A DNA stretch of 64,000 nucleotides from Flaccisagitta enflata (lineage: Eukaryota): the NCBI GenBank assembly GCA_965153355.1, contig OZ231126.1, positions 37,696,001 to 37,760,000 on the forward strand. The letters are read 5' to 3'. Every line of letters starts with the position of its first letter. The first letter of the stretch is position 1. Positions 16,745 through 64,000 of this stretch are shown here, piece by piece. Position numbers and translations under genes: made by a program. The notes beneath the pieces were generated by a model. The model worked only from the letters and a program-made list of their open reading frames with translations. It made no database searches and was not told the DNA's origin.

Positions 16745-17445
16745 CACTCTCTTTTTTTTATAAGCACCTCGTTTATAAGCACGCCCAGCCTCAGATATTG
16801 GGAAAATTTAAGCACATTGCTAAGCACGCTCCAGGCTGAGATTTTCAATTTGAATAAAAATTCTTGGTGATTTTCCGAAAACATGCTAATTTTTATACAT
16901 TTTTGGTTGGAACTTCACAAAAAACCAATGGAAATTTTGATAGAACTTGAAATCATCTATAATATCAGTCTGTCAGTATATTCAGGATTTTGATACTGAT
17001 AGAAATAATCAAATTTCTAAAAACATCTAAGAATATTATTGCTTATATACTATTGTTGATATGAATCTATTGCTGTAACAAGGGCCACCTTAAAAGAAAA
17101 ATATGGCATGATACTATACTAAATAACACCAAAAATCTAAAAAAATTTAAATCAAACCATTATTTTAATCTCGTCCCATGATTTATATGAAAGTAGCACA
17201 ATATCAATGATAGATACTGTATATTTTCATTTACAAAATACATTCATTACTGTATTCTATACTATACTTTATTCTACACTATACAATACTCTATGCATTA
17301 CTGTTTTCTATACTCAATAGGATAATCACTTACTGATTAATGATAAGCACGCATTTAAGCACATTTCAGCCTCGAAAATGAGATTTTGCTAAGCACGCTC
17401 AGCCTCAGCCAATAAAGGAGCGTGCTTATAAAAAAAAAAAGAGTG
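16745..17445. mobile_element. TA-flanked MITE (Tc1/mariner/pogo-like)
   Basis: TA-CACTCT(T)nATAAGCAC...GTGCTTAT(A)nGAGTG-TA, with repeated internal AAGCACGC..CAGCCTC motifs. Confidence 0.8.
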
Positions 17446-17636
17446 TACCAGCAAGGTACCGTTAATCGGGCGGTCCGTCAAGCTTTTAGAATTATACCAT
17501 TTGAAAAAAAAACAGCGAGAGAGTTGCAGGTATTGAAAAGTGCATTAACATCAATTGATGCAACAAGTAAAAGGTAGAAGAGTAACAGAGGAAAAAGGAA
17601 CGAAACAGCAACAGCCATGATCAACGGCAACAACAA

Positions 17637-17724
<88 letters not shown>

Positions 17725-17938
17725 TACAGCAGTTTCAGCAACATCTGACTCTTAAACGCCAGCAAAGATCGTGTCAAGCCAGAAATGGAAAATCCATTGA
17801 CGCACAAAACTTTGTCAAATCAATCTGACGACGTGAAAATTTGCCACTTAATGGAGGAATGATTGAACGCATGACATTTTTATGTGACGCCCGCATTGTG
17901 TCTTTTCTATGGATTTTTTTCCGACTTTTCCTATAAAA

Positions 17939-18025
<87 letters not shown>

Positions 18026-18754
18026 GGGGAGACGGAGAAACGCAGAGACGGCGATAAAAAAATGGACATAAAGAAACATTTGATGACAAATTAGGGGCTG
18101 AGTGAAGGAGATGAGAGAGCTTCCGTTCTCCGAGCTGGAGCGCAGTTTCTCAATATTGCGAAGCCATTTATTCGCCATTTCAGTAATATCATTTCCGCAC
18201 CTCTCCACCCTTCTATTGCCAGCGCTTCTATGGTGATTCTCTGCGGCAAACAAAAGAACTTTCAGCTTTTTTTCTTCATTTTCGTTTTCGTGTCTTTTTG
18301 ATTTCTTTTTCTTTTTGGTTCTTTTTCTTTTTCTTTTCTCTACAAGTCCGTGTGATATATCTGTTTGGTTGCGTGGATTAGCTGATCCATGAATGTGAAC
18401 TGTGATGTGTTCGAAACAAACTCACGTGATTAAAATAAGTTCGTTTTTAGAGTGAATCCATTAGAAGACTCTAAATAGAGAGCAAAATTTAAAAATACTA
18501 AAGAATCATAATAAATGAATGAAATGAATGTGATCCTATCAGATGAATGATCCAAACTATTGTCGCTGAGTTCCCATGAAACATTTCCATCAGTCTTTTT
18601 TATATTTTTTATTTCCAGTCAAATCCAATATAATTTGATTCTCAATCCTTCGATAGCAGAGCGCGCGGCGTTATTAGATTCTTCATCATTATTCAATTTT
18701 CCCCATTTTCATCCGATTTTCTGTCACGCAACGAAACGATCACGATAACCGAAG

Positions 18755-18962
<208 letters not shown>

Positions 18963-19271
18963 GTCGGATGATTTGGATTATAACTTCTACTAGGCTCACT
19001 ATTTTTTTGCAGCAACGGCTACAACAACGAAGCGTCAATGAATCTTCAAAGAACGTGGCCGATTTACTTTGTTCGTTCATTGACCTCATGAACGTTGCGC
19101 CACTTACTAATACCATGATATTATGTGAAGGATCAAAAACTGATGGCATAAATTCTCGCCCAATCTCTTCCCGCGGAGAATGACGTGATGAAAATGTACA
19201 GACGTACAAACACATTCGAGTTAACCAGTAAAACTGACTCTCCCACAAATATTCGGTGAATGAATAATAAG

Positions 19272-42005
<22,734 letters not shown>

Positions 42006-42312
42006 ATCAACTTTCTATTCCTGACACGATCATTCACATTAGTGGCGAACAGCGCCAGCAGGCAGAGAGTTTCTTATTCACGTTGACAATTCTAGAGAGC
42101 TAAAATTATACTGTAGAGAGCTAAAGGTTTGTGCGTACCGAGGATGTGGAAGCTTTCGAGTATTTTACCGCTTCGATTTCCGCTTCCGCTTCCGCTTTTT
42201 AATCCCGATTTCAAAAGCCGTTGACCACATCCGCAATTTTTAGTCGCGTGCACGATATGTCCCTCAATCGGATGGAAGGTAATTCTCAGCGTATACAGAA
42301 TTTATGACCTTT

Positions 42313-42516
42313 TTTTAGTCGCGTGCTACGCGACTCTACACCCCGCTATGTCGGTCCGTCGGTCGGTTGGTCGGTTGGTCGGTCCCCTTTTTACTTTTTC
42401 GGCGTTTTTGAGCTTGTTGAGTCTACTGCTCCTGCCCAAATGCTCTAGTGACCTTCTCCAGCACTGCTCCTGCCCACCCGCACGCGACCGGGGTAGCCGT
42501 GTATCCGGCCTTGTTT
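42313..42516 (+). mobile_element. HINE family A
   Basis: Full-length, followed by a duplicated 3' end (~42565-42615). Confidence 0.78.
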
Positions 42517-42874
42517 TTATCAACTGCCCCTGCTCAAATGCGTAGTATGCCTTTTTTCAACACTCCCCCTGCCCACCCGTAAGCGACATGGGTAGCGGTG
42601 TATTCGGCCTTGTTTTTGGTGTGGCCGCAGGGTTCCCCCAATACCAGGCGACTACTCACTCTTGATATAGATGCGTCCTCGCTTCTCTATGAGAGGGTGT
42701 GCCCATAGGTTTGTAGGTCCGTAGATCGGTTTGTAACACAATATTTTCTAAGTGCGATTTTTAAGGTCTTATCTTGTCATCATTTCTTCATCTCTTTATA
42801 TTCTTCTATAGTAAATATATAGTCATAGAGGACGTATCTATTAGACATCACTTGACCTTGCTTAATATCTCGTA

Positions 42875-43479
42875 ACACCCCTTCCATAATCAAGCGAACT
42901 GGAAAAAAGGATCCAAATGGATAGTAAAAATGCACACAGAGTGATGAAATTTAACACAGAGATAGCTAAGACGTGGTATTTTGACGTGGTAAGGTGATTT
43001 AGGGGACTTTCCTGCATGTAAAGGGAGATGGAGGGTCTTTTACCGGAAATGGGGTGTCAAATTATTGCCAATTTCCACGGTAAAAATGTATCAAAGGGGG
43101 AGATGTATACCTTCCAGCATTTTGAGAAGATTGGCTGCAAAAAATCCGCCATATATCGTGTAATGAGGTCAGTTGATGCAGAAGAGACAGTGGCACAGGA
43201 GGAGGGGCAGGGGAAGCCGCATAAACTGACAAAAGCCCAGGAAAAGAAGGTGACATATTGAGATCATGGCCAAAGAGGGCCTTAATGTGACTTTTCACTT
43301 ATTTGCATTATTCAGCTCATAAGGAGATAGCCGTTTATATTTTTGAGTCATTTTTTGCATTATGTTGATGAAATTTACCGATGTTAATGTTTTAAATTGT
43401 TTGAGTTGATAATACACGTATTTATCAACCCTTAAACAGCGCCTTTTCATCCCAGTTCGCCTAATTATGGAAGGGGTGT
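42875..43479 (+). mobile_element. Internally deleted Tc1/mariner element with transposase N-terminal (HTH) remnant
   Basis: TA-ACACCCCTTCCATAAT..ATTATGGAAGGGGTGT-TA; ORF 43028-43261 (..FEKIGCKKSAIYRVMR..GQGKPHKLT) resembles the Tc1 HTH plus GRPR-like linker. Confidence 0.8.
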
Positions 43480-45243
43480 TAATCAACTTTTCACTCACAA
43501 GTCCCTGTTACTAGGCTTATGGCTTTTTTTGCATATTTTTAAGTGTGTCTTCTCTTTACAACCTTTTCATTGTCTTTTTGTATTCCTTTGAGTTCTATTG
43601 AATGAGGTGGTACTTTGGAATGATGGTGTTCCAGATTTTCTGTGTGATGGATTTTTTTTCTAGTTTCTATCTTTGAATGACCATAACCTTTAAACGGCTG
43701 GACCAACTCCATTTTGCCAAAAACAAAAAAGATGCCTTGTCAAAAACTCTACATTTTGGTCACCATAACTCATTTGTTTTTTGTTAATTCATCAAAAAAC
43801 AAATGTTTGAATAGAGAACATTACCTAACAAAAAAGTCCAATTGATAAACCTTTGAAAGGAAGTATTTTGTTAAAAGTAAGATAACTTCTAAACCCATTG
43901 AGATAGCAAGATGCAGTTTGCGTCGCTCGCTTGCAAATTTAAAGAGCTTCAGTTTCATCACCAATTTTTGCTTTATCAGATGAATCTTTTAAGAGATGTA
44001 GATTAAAACGTGCGGAAAGATTTCCATTTCCTAGATAGTACTAGGTTTAGGGATCGTTGATATGAAATGATAAAGAAAGTTAGTTAGCAAACACGGTAAC
44101 AGATATCACAGTGCCATCCATCATTCAAGATAAATCTATCCATCATAATTCTAATATTGTTGTTTTGCCTAAAACACTTCATGTCTGCAACAGGAGCCTC
44201 TCTTTTACTGATTTAAAAACAGCCTTTCTTTTTCTGATATAGCCGTATAGGCCGATATCTAAATAGGGTGGATTGTTGAACGATTGTGTCTCCCACGGAT
44301 GGACAGATGGACGGAAGGATGGACTAAAACTTTAATAGAGAGCCACAGATAAAGTACCTTTTGATGTAACAAAGCAGAGAGAAAATGAAACCCCAAAAAA
44401 AAAGTTTAGCATGATAAAGCTTTTCCTGATACCAGTTCTGTTTGAGTAAAGGGTATCGGCCTTCATGGCTTTGTTTTACGCAATATTGGAAGCGGTGATA
44501 AAATCTTTATAGCGTGTCATTTTCACGTGTTTGTTCCCTGGAGCATCCCGCGCAAAACAATTCTCGATTTACATCGGTTCCAAATTGAAATTCACCTTTG
44601 CTGACATTTCGTCACTGGCGCATGTCGTCATAAAACGTAAATTTTGGAGAAAAAAATCGATTTACGATTTTTTTTCTCGCAGTTCTCAAAGGAGATGTAT
44701 CCGTCCGTCCGTCATTTGGTAGGCGAGATTGTTTAATCTTGACATTATTTTCTTTCTTGAGCCCGTCTGTCAGCAGGTGACTGATTTTGGTTTTGTAACA
44801 CTAACAGGCGCCTAAATCGCACGCACTGACGCATGCACATGACGTCATATTTTAAGTCTAACTAGCTATTTAACTGATATATGATGGCTGATTAACTGTC
44901 TGTTCATTGGAATGCTAGACACTGAAAGAAAGCTTTCGGTTTCTCAGGGATTCAATTCACAAGCCAAGCGCACCATTAGGTCTGCGTGCTCTTGTTTATC
45001 ATTGCACAATTGAGGTACATGGTTGTTCGGTTATAGACACTGTTTGTTGTCTCACCGGCGTTTAAAAATCATTCGAGATTCTGGATAACTCAGCGATATC
45101 AATACACCATATTACATCATATTAGGTCTTACCACGGAATCACACCATGACGAAATCGTGAGCACATGTTTCCTTGTGATAGATCATCCCTCAAAATCTA
45201 GTGCCCACGAATGAGAGAATGATAATGCTGCACTTCTGTTCAC

Positions 45244-45322
<79 letters not shown>

Positions 45323-45457
45323 CTCTTTTCCAATTCTATCATCACCACTTTGAAAGCTTTCACCGTTCCCCTGGCTGGTTCTGGTGGCGTAGAAAAAGGC
45401 AATCATACCGAAAGACAATGATGAATGCATATAGGAAATGACTTTTTTGTGCGTTCT

Positions 45458-45488
<31 letters not shown>

Positions 45489-46711
45489 CTCGTCTACGAA
45501 GTTTCTTATTTCTTACTGCATTGCTTCTCTGACGCCATTTTCGTTTACTTTATTCCGCTTTTAGCACAAATGTCATTTGTTTTCTTCCATTGTCAGCAGC
45601 GGCCCTCGAAAGGGATAAGTCCATTTTAAATACGTCGCGAGGAAGCGCCAAAGGGTACAGATCCGATCGCGACTGGTGTCCTGGCTGTCTTCACCACATC
45701 TCAGAAAAGTGTCTTGCCTTTTTAAGTTGGTGACCAAGCGGAAAAAAATTGTGGTAGACAATTTTTTGCTTATACCGTGTTCCGATTTATTTTTCAGAGT
45801 GTGATAAAACATAGATTTTCTAAAGAAACACATTCAGATATCACTCTAATTGATAGGATTTGATTAAAGCACGTCGTTCCTAGCCCACTAACAACCTTTT
45901 TTACGAACTGCCGTTTTCATTTTTCTGCGCCAACTTTTTAATTCGATGTTTGATGTATGTTCCAGGCCATGAATCTGGAATGCGAGTTAAAGCGAAGTCA
46001 TTCTAGTGGTTTTCATGGTGCTAAGCGGGTCAGAGGTGTCATAATTCCGCATAAAAAAACAAGATTATGTCAAAACCACCTGCTAATGATGATCAGAAGA
46101 TGATGCGAATTTGCACAGTTTCTGTAACATGTGGATTTGTAGCACCATAAAGCAAATCATTCAACGAAGTCATTAGTATAAGTTTTTGCCTTGATTAAAA
46201 TACTTAAATAAATCAGAAAAGAAAAAAAACTTTGGGAAGACCGAGGTAAAGACAACTAATCTGGAAATCTAGGTTCCCTCTCTTTGGAAGTCGTTTGTCT
46301 GAGATGCAAATTAAACAAAAGATAGCCAAAAGATACATTAACTTACACCCAGACTATAAAATTCACCGCGAAATCCAAAATTTTAGAGTTCAAGCATGAA
46401 ATTGCAGCAATCCCCTTAAAGCGACTTAAGACATTTGAACTTTGAACTGATGCTCGATGTTATAATTGCATGAGGCCATGAACAGTGTTAAAAGGACCGT
46501 GTTCAACAAACTTCTTTGGCTGAGGTATTAATGGATAGATTTTCCCCTGCAGCTGTTTTCCTATCCTTCCTTCTCTTTCTGTTGTGAAGATGAAACATTT
46601 TCCAAAATGAGTTGCAAAATGTATGCTTGATCAATGATTGTCTAGGAGCGGAAAAAAAAGAATGAGAAAAGGAGAGAGAGAGAGGAAAAAGAATAAGGAG
46701 AGAGAGAGAGG

Positions 46712-46812
<101 letters not shown>

Positions 46813-46940
46813 TCGTTTATTTCTCGTCCCATTCTGATGACGAACTCCAGACGCAATTTCATGGCCAGTTCATCAAAATCGCATCGCGTTGCAATGCGGA
46901 AGCACCTATCTTCCTTCCCCTCTGTTTGTCTCTGCGTGTG

Positions 46941-47057
<117 letters not shown>

Positions 47058-47923
47058 CATTTCTTTTTTCCTAATCTTAACGTTTATCGCGTTTTTTTTC
47101 TCATAAATACATCAACAACACAGCGGAACTTTATGTCATTTTTTCCGCGGTACCTTAAAGGAGGCTCCGGATTTTTTTTTTATTACGAATCATAATAGCC
47201 GTCATCATCACCACTATCATCATCATCAACATTATTATCAATACTGTCATCGTCATCATCATCTTCAACATCATCATTATCAATTTATCATCATCTTCGT
47301 CGCACCCCGCCACTTTGCCCCAATACTCAATATTCCGCTTTTTGTCACATGCTATCTGCCAACCCCTCGATCCGTCGCAAAACATCGCTTCACTATTCCC
47401 CCTTTCCACAGAAAGCCTCAACACTTCACTTGATGGCAGAGCGATTTCGACCTTTTGACATTTCGAAACCGTGAAAGAAATCCTAGCTTCGAATTTCAGC
47501 GGAAATTTGCAAAATTAATCCCTCCACCTAACGTCGCTCTCATCATCTAGGCCATCATCGTCGTCGTCGTCGTCGCTTACGCCGTCGTTGTCATCTTTAC
47601 TGACATTATAAATTCGCAGCCGTGTTCTCCATCGTCGTTATCGTCGTCGTTCATATGACTCTAGAGGAGTATGCTTCAGTTACTTGGTCCGTCGATTGCT
47701 TCATTCACATTTGGTTACTTAGCTACCCTCTTTTTTGTTGCGGACTTTATAAGAGGGTTTGTCCGTCCGTTGGTCCGTCCATCCGTTGGGGTCCAGCCGA
47801 ACAGAGTGAAAACGTACATTTTAGATGCTGCAGTTATGACTGCGGGGTAGGCTTTGGATGGGGGTTGTTTGCCCCTGCCCACCCGTCCGCAACGATGTTG
47901 TGACCCCGCGTCACTTGTTATTG

Positions 47924-48128
<205 letters not shown>

Positions 48129-48431
48129 AATCTGTTGTCACGCTGAGAAACACGCGCACTCAACTCACTCTGGATAATATTATCTTAAATGCAAATGCGA
48201 GGGAAAAACATATGCGTTCAATGATTTTTACTTAGTAATCTATTCATTTGGTTTTCAATTTGGTTATCAATAAATGTGATATGGAGTAATTAGAGTAGAT
48301 TCACTAGTTCTATACAAATTTCCGTCTCTACTTGAAAGCTAGTCTATACAACAAGTCATCATGATCGAGAATCCCATGTCATCCTTTTTTCCGAAGCAGC
48401 CTTGTCAAGCCAATTTGCTTTGCAACAAGTT

Positions 48432-61900
<13,469 letters not shown>

Positions 61901-62213
61901 CTAAAGTAATTCGAACCCTCATTGTTCTATGAAGGTTCGACGTGCTAGATAGAAATGCGAGGAAAAATATAAGAGGAAAAACACACACACACAAAAAAAA
62001 ACTAAAACAAAAAAACAAACAAAGCAAATGTCATCTGCCGATAATAGAAAATATGTTGCCTTTATAAAGGACATTTTGCATTCAATAATGGCGCCATAGA
62101 TATGATAACATCAACGACGGGAAACATGATCCGAGGCCTTTAGCCTGCTTAATGTCAATATCCCTTCTAATAGAATTTGCAAAACCCATCACCTCATGAC
62201 CTGCCCTTTACTA

Positions 62214-62812
62214 ACAGGTCTCACAAAATTAGGCAGAAAGAGATGAAAACTCGTTGAAAAGAGGGTTAAAAATGGGAATATAATCAATCCAAGTGATGTA
62301 TATCACCAATTTATGTTTATTTTATCAACATAATGCGAAAAATTCCCAAAAAAGGAAATGGCTATCCCCTAATGAACGTAAATATGCTGATGAGTCAAAG
62401 GCAAACAAATTTGAGATTGACACACTATTCTTATTGTTTATGCTCGACTTCACCTTCAATTCCTCAACTGCTGTCAACATACGCGGCTTTTTGTCTGCGT
62501 GACTGACTTTCCTGTATCCATCTATCACACGATAAATGGCGATTTTTTTGTATTCCATCTTCTTAAAATGACGAACGGTAAACATTTTCCACTCTGCTGC
62601 ATTTTTCCCGTTAAAATCAGCAATAATCTGACACCTCACTTTTGGTAAAACACCCTCCATCACGCCCTACATGCAGGAAAGTCGCCAACATCGATTTGCT
62701 ATGTCAAAATACTGGGTCTTAGCTATCTCCATGTCAAATTTCATCATGCTGAGGGCATTTTTACTATCTATATTGATCACTTTACTTTTCCGCCTAATTT
62801 TGTGAGACCTGT
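62214..62812 (-). mobile_element. Internally deleted Tc1/mariner element with transposase remnant
   Basis: TA-ACAGGTCTCACAAAATTAGGC..GCCTAATTTTGTGAGACCTGT-TA; ORF 62325-62663 (MEGVLPKVRCQIIADFNGKN..KKIAIYRV) is homologous to ORF 43028-43261. Confidence 0.8.
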
Positions 62813-63032
62813 TATCTTGGAAAAAAGTCTATGTTTTCCAATAAGAAGTGATAAGTACACGTACACTTCAAGTACTGCACTGTTAGGTAGGAAAAATTAG
62901 ATTTTCAGAAACTGCTTCAAAAGTTCCATGATTTAGGAGCAGTCCCAATACTGTGTCTCAAAGCGATTATAAATGAGAGCAGTTTGAAGATAACAACCCT
63001 GTTTTGAAAATGCAGCAGAATGGTGAATCTGT

Positions 63033-63382
63033 ACTGGTGAGCGGATTTATTAACAAGTAAGTCACCATATTGTTTTGGTTGATTTAGTTCATCATTTGGG
63101 ATTTTAACATCAACCAACATATAAGTGTCCCCAAGGTTATGGTTAAGTCCCAATCTCACTCCAGTTGAAAACGTTTTGCCTAGAATCAAGTGTCTGGAAC
63201 AGGAAGAATCAATGATATCAATTGGGTGGCTAAAAAAAATGCACTAAAATCTGCAGTATGATGTCTCAGCATATTTCATGTTGAAACTCAGAAAACTGTC
63301 ACTGAGCCAAATGGAAGCAGTCAAAGTCCCTAGGGACCAGCGGCGTAGGAGGAGGGACTTCAGGGACTTCAATTGCAGTCCC
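63033..63382 (-). CDS. Candidate upstream exons of the acyl-CoA synthetase-like gene
   Basis: Open segments (TAIEVPEVPPPTPLVPRDFDCFHLAQ / HLILGKTFSTGVRLG...QPKQY) can be joined in phase and weakly resemble an ACSL N-terminus. The link to exon 61900 is not resolved and the boundaries are approximate. Confidence 0.3.
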
Positions 63383-63459
63383 TGCTGTCGGGACACCAAA
63401 GTTGTTGGGACACCAAAGAAGAAGAAAAAAAAGAGAAAGGAAGAAAAAAAAAAAGAAAA

Positions 63460-63556
<97 letters not shown>

Positions 63557-64000
63557 CAACAAACAGACAGAAAGACGGACAAAGAGGAAAAGTAAGAAAA
63601 TATTAATCAATGCTACAATTGTCTTACAACACTGTGAGAACAAATCTTCTTTGTCCAAATATTAGTCAATGCTGCAATTGTCTTACATTACTATAAGTTA
63701 AAGTTATAGATTAAAGGTTAATGCTACAATTGTCATATATTACTTAAAGTTAAAGATTAAAAGCAACTTATAAAGCTATCCAAATTCTGTGGTTTTCAAG
63801 CTTATGTTAGTTTTAGGCAAATAAAGAGGGATGTAGGGGAGCAAAGTAAGTAAAAAAAATGAATTGAAAATAGGTATTTAGGCACAAGCTGTGGCTGACA
63901 GTAAAAAAACTATTTTCTCCTATACCAGGCATGATCAGGCCCCATCCCACTTATCCAAGATCTAAAAAAAAACAAGAGTATGGTAGTAATTACTATTTTT

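Noticed and set aside
63601-63765. Three AATGCTACAATTGTC repeats at ~55-bp spacing
   Set aside because: Degenerate local tandem duplication with partly similar spacers; not a CRISPR array.

Overview
AT-rich, intron-rich animal (probably invertebrate) genomic DNA, dense in microsatellites and non-autonomous DNA transposons; most long ORFs in the supplied track are microsatellite artefacts. Five spliced gene models were reconstructed by hand from GT-AG junctions and phase continuity: (1) the 3' end of an unidentified + strand gene (575-2684), apparently inside an intron of (2) an ANKRD60-like ubiquitin-domain gene on the - strand (3072-5469); (3) a 4-exon orphan gene (9073-12605); (4) a 9-exon gene for a 370-aa protein with two EF-hands, a CxxC motif and a probable ubiquitin-like C-terminus (19272-42005); (5) a long-chain acyl-CoA synthetase-like gene of at least 17 exons (- strand, 48432 to at least 61900) with degenerate catalytic motifs. 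Repeats include more than 20 DINE-1/HINE-type (Helentron-associated) elements of several families, Tc1/mariner and hAT MITEs, a 2.1-kb palindromic MITE inserted into a splice acceptor, and a 6.5-kb CAC-terminated foldback element with a 4-bp TSD. I see no prokaryotic-type system (CRISPR, operon). All models are unvalidated by transcripts or database searches.
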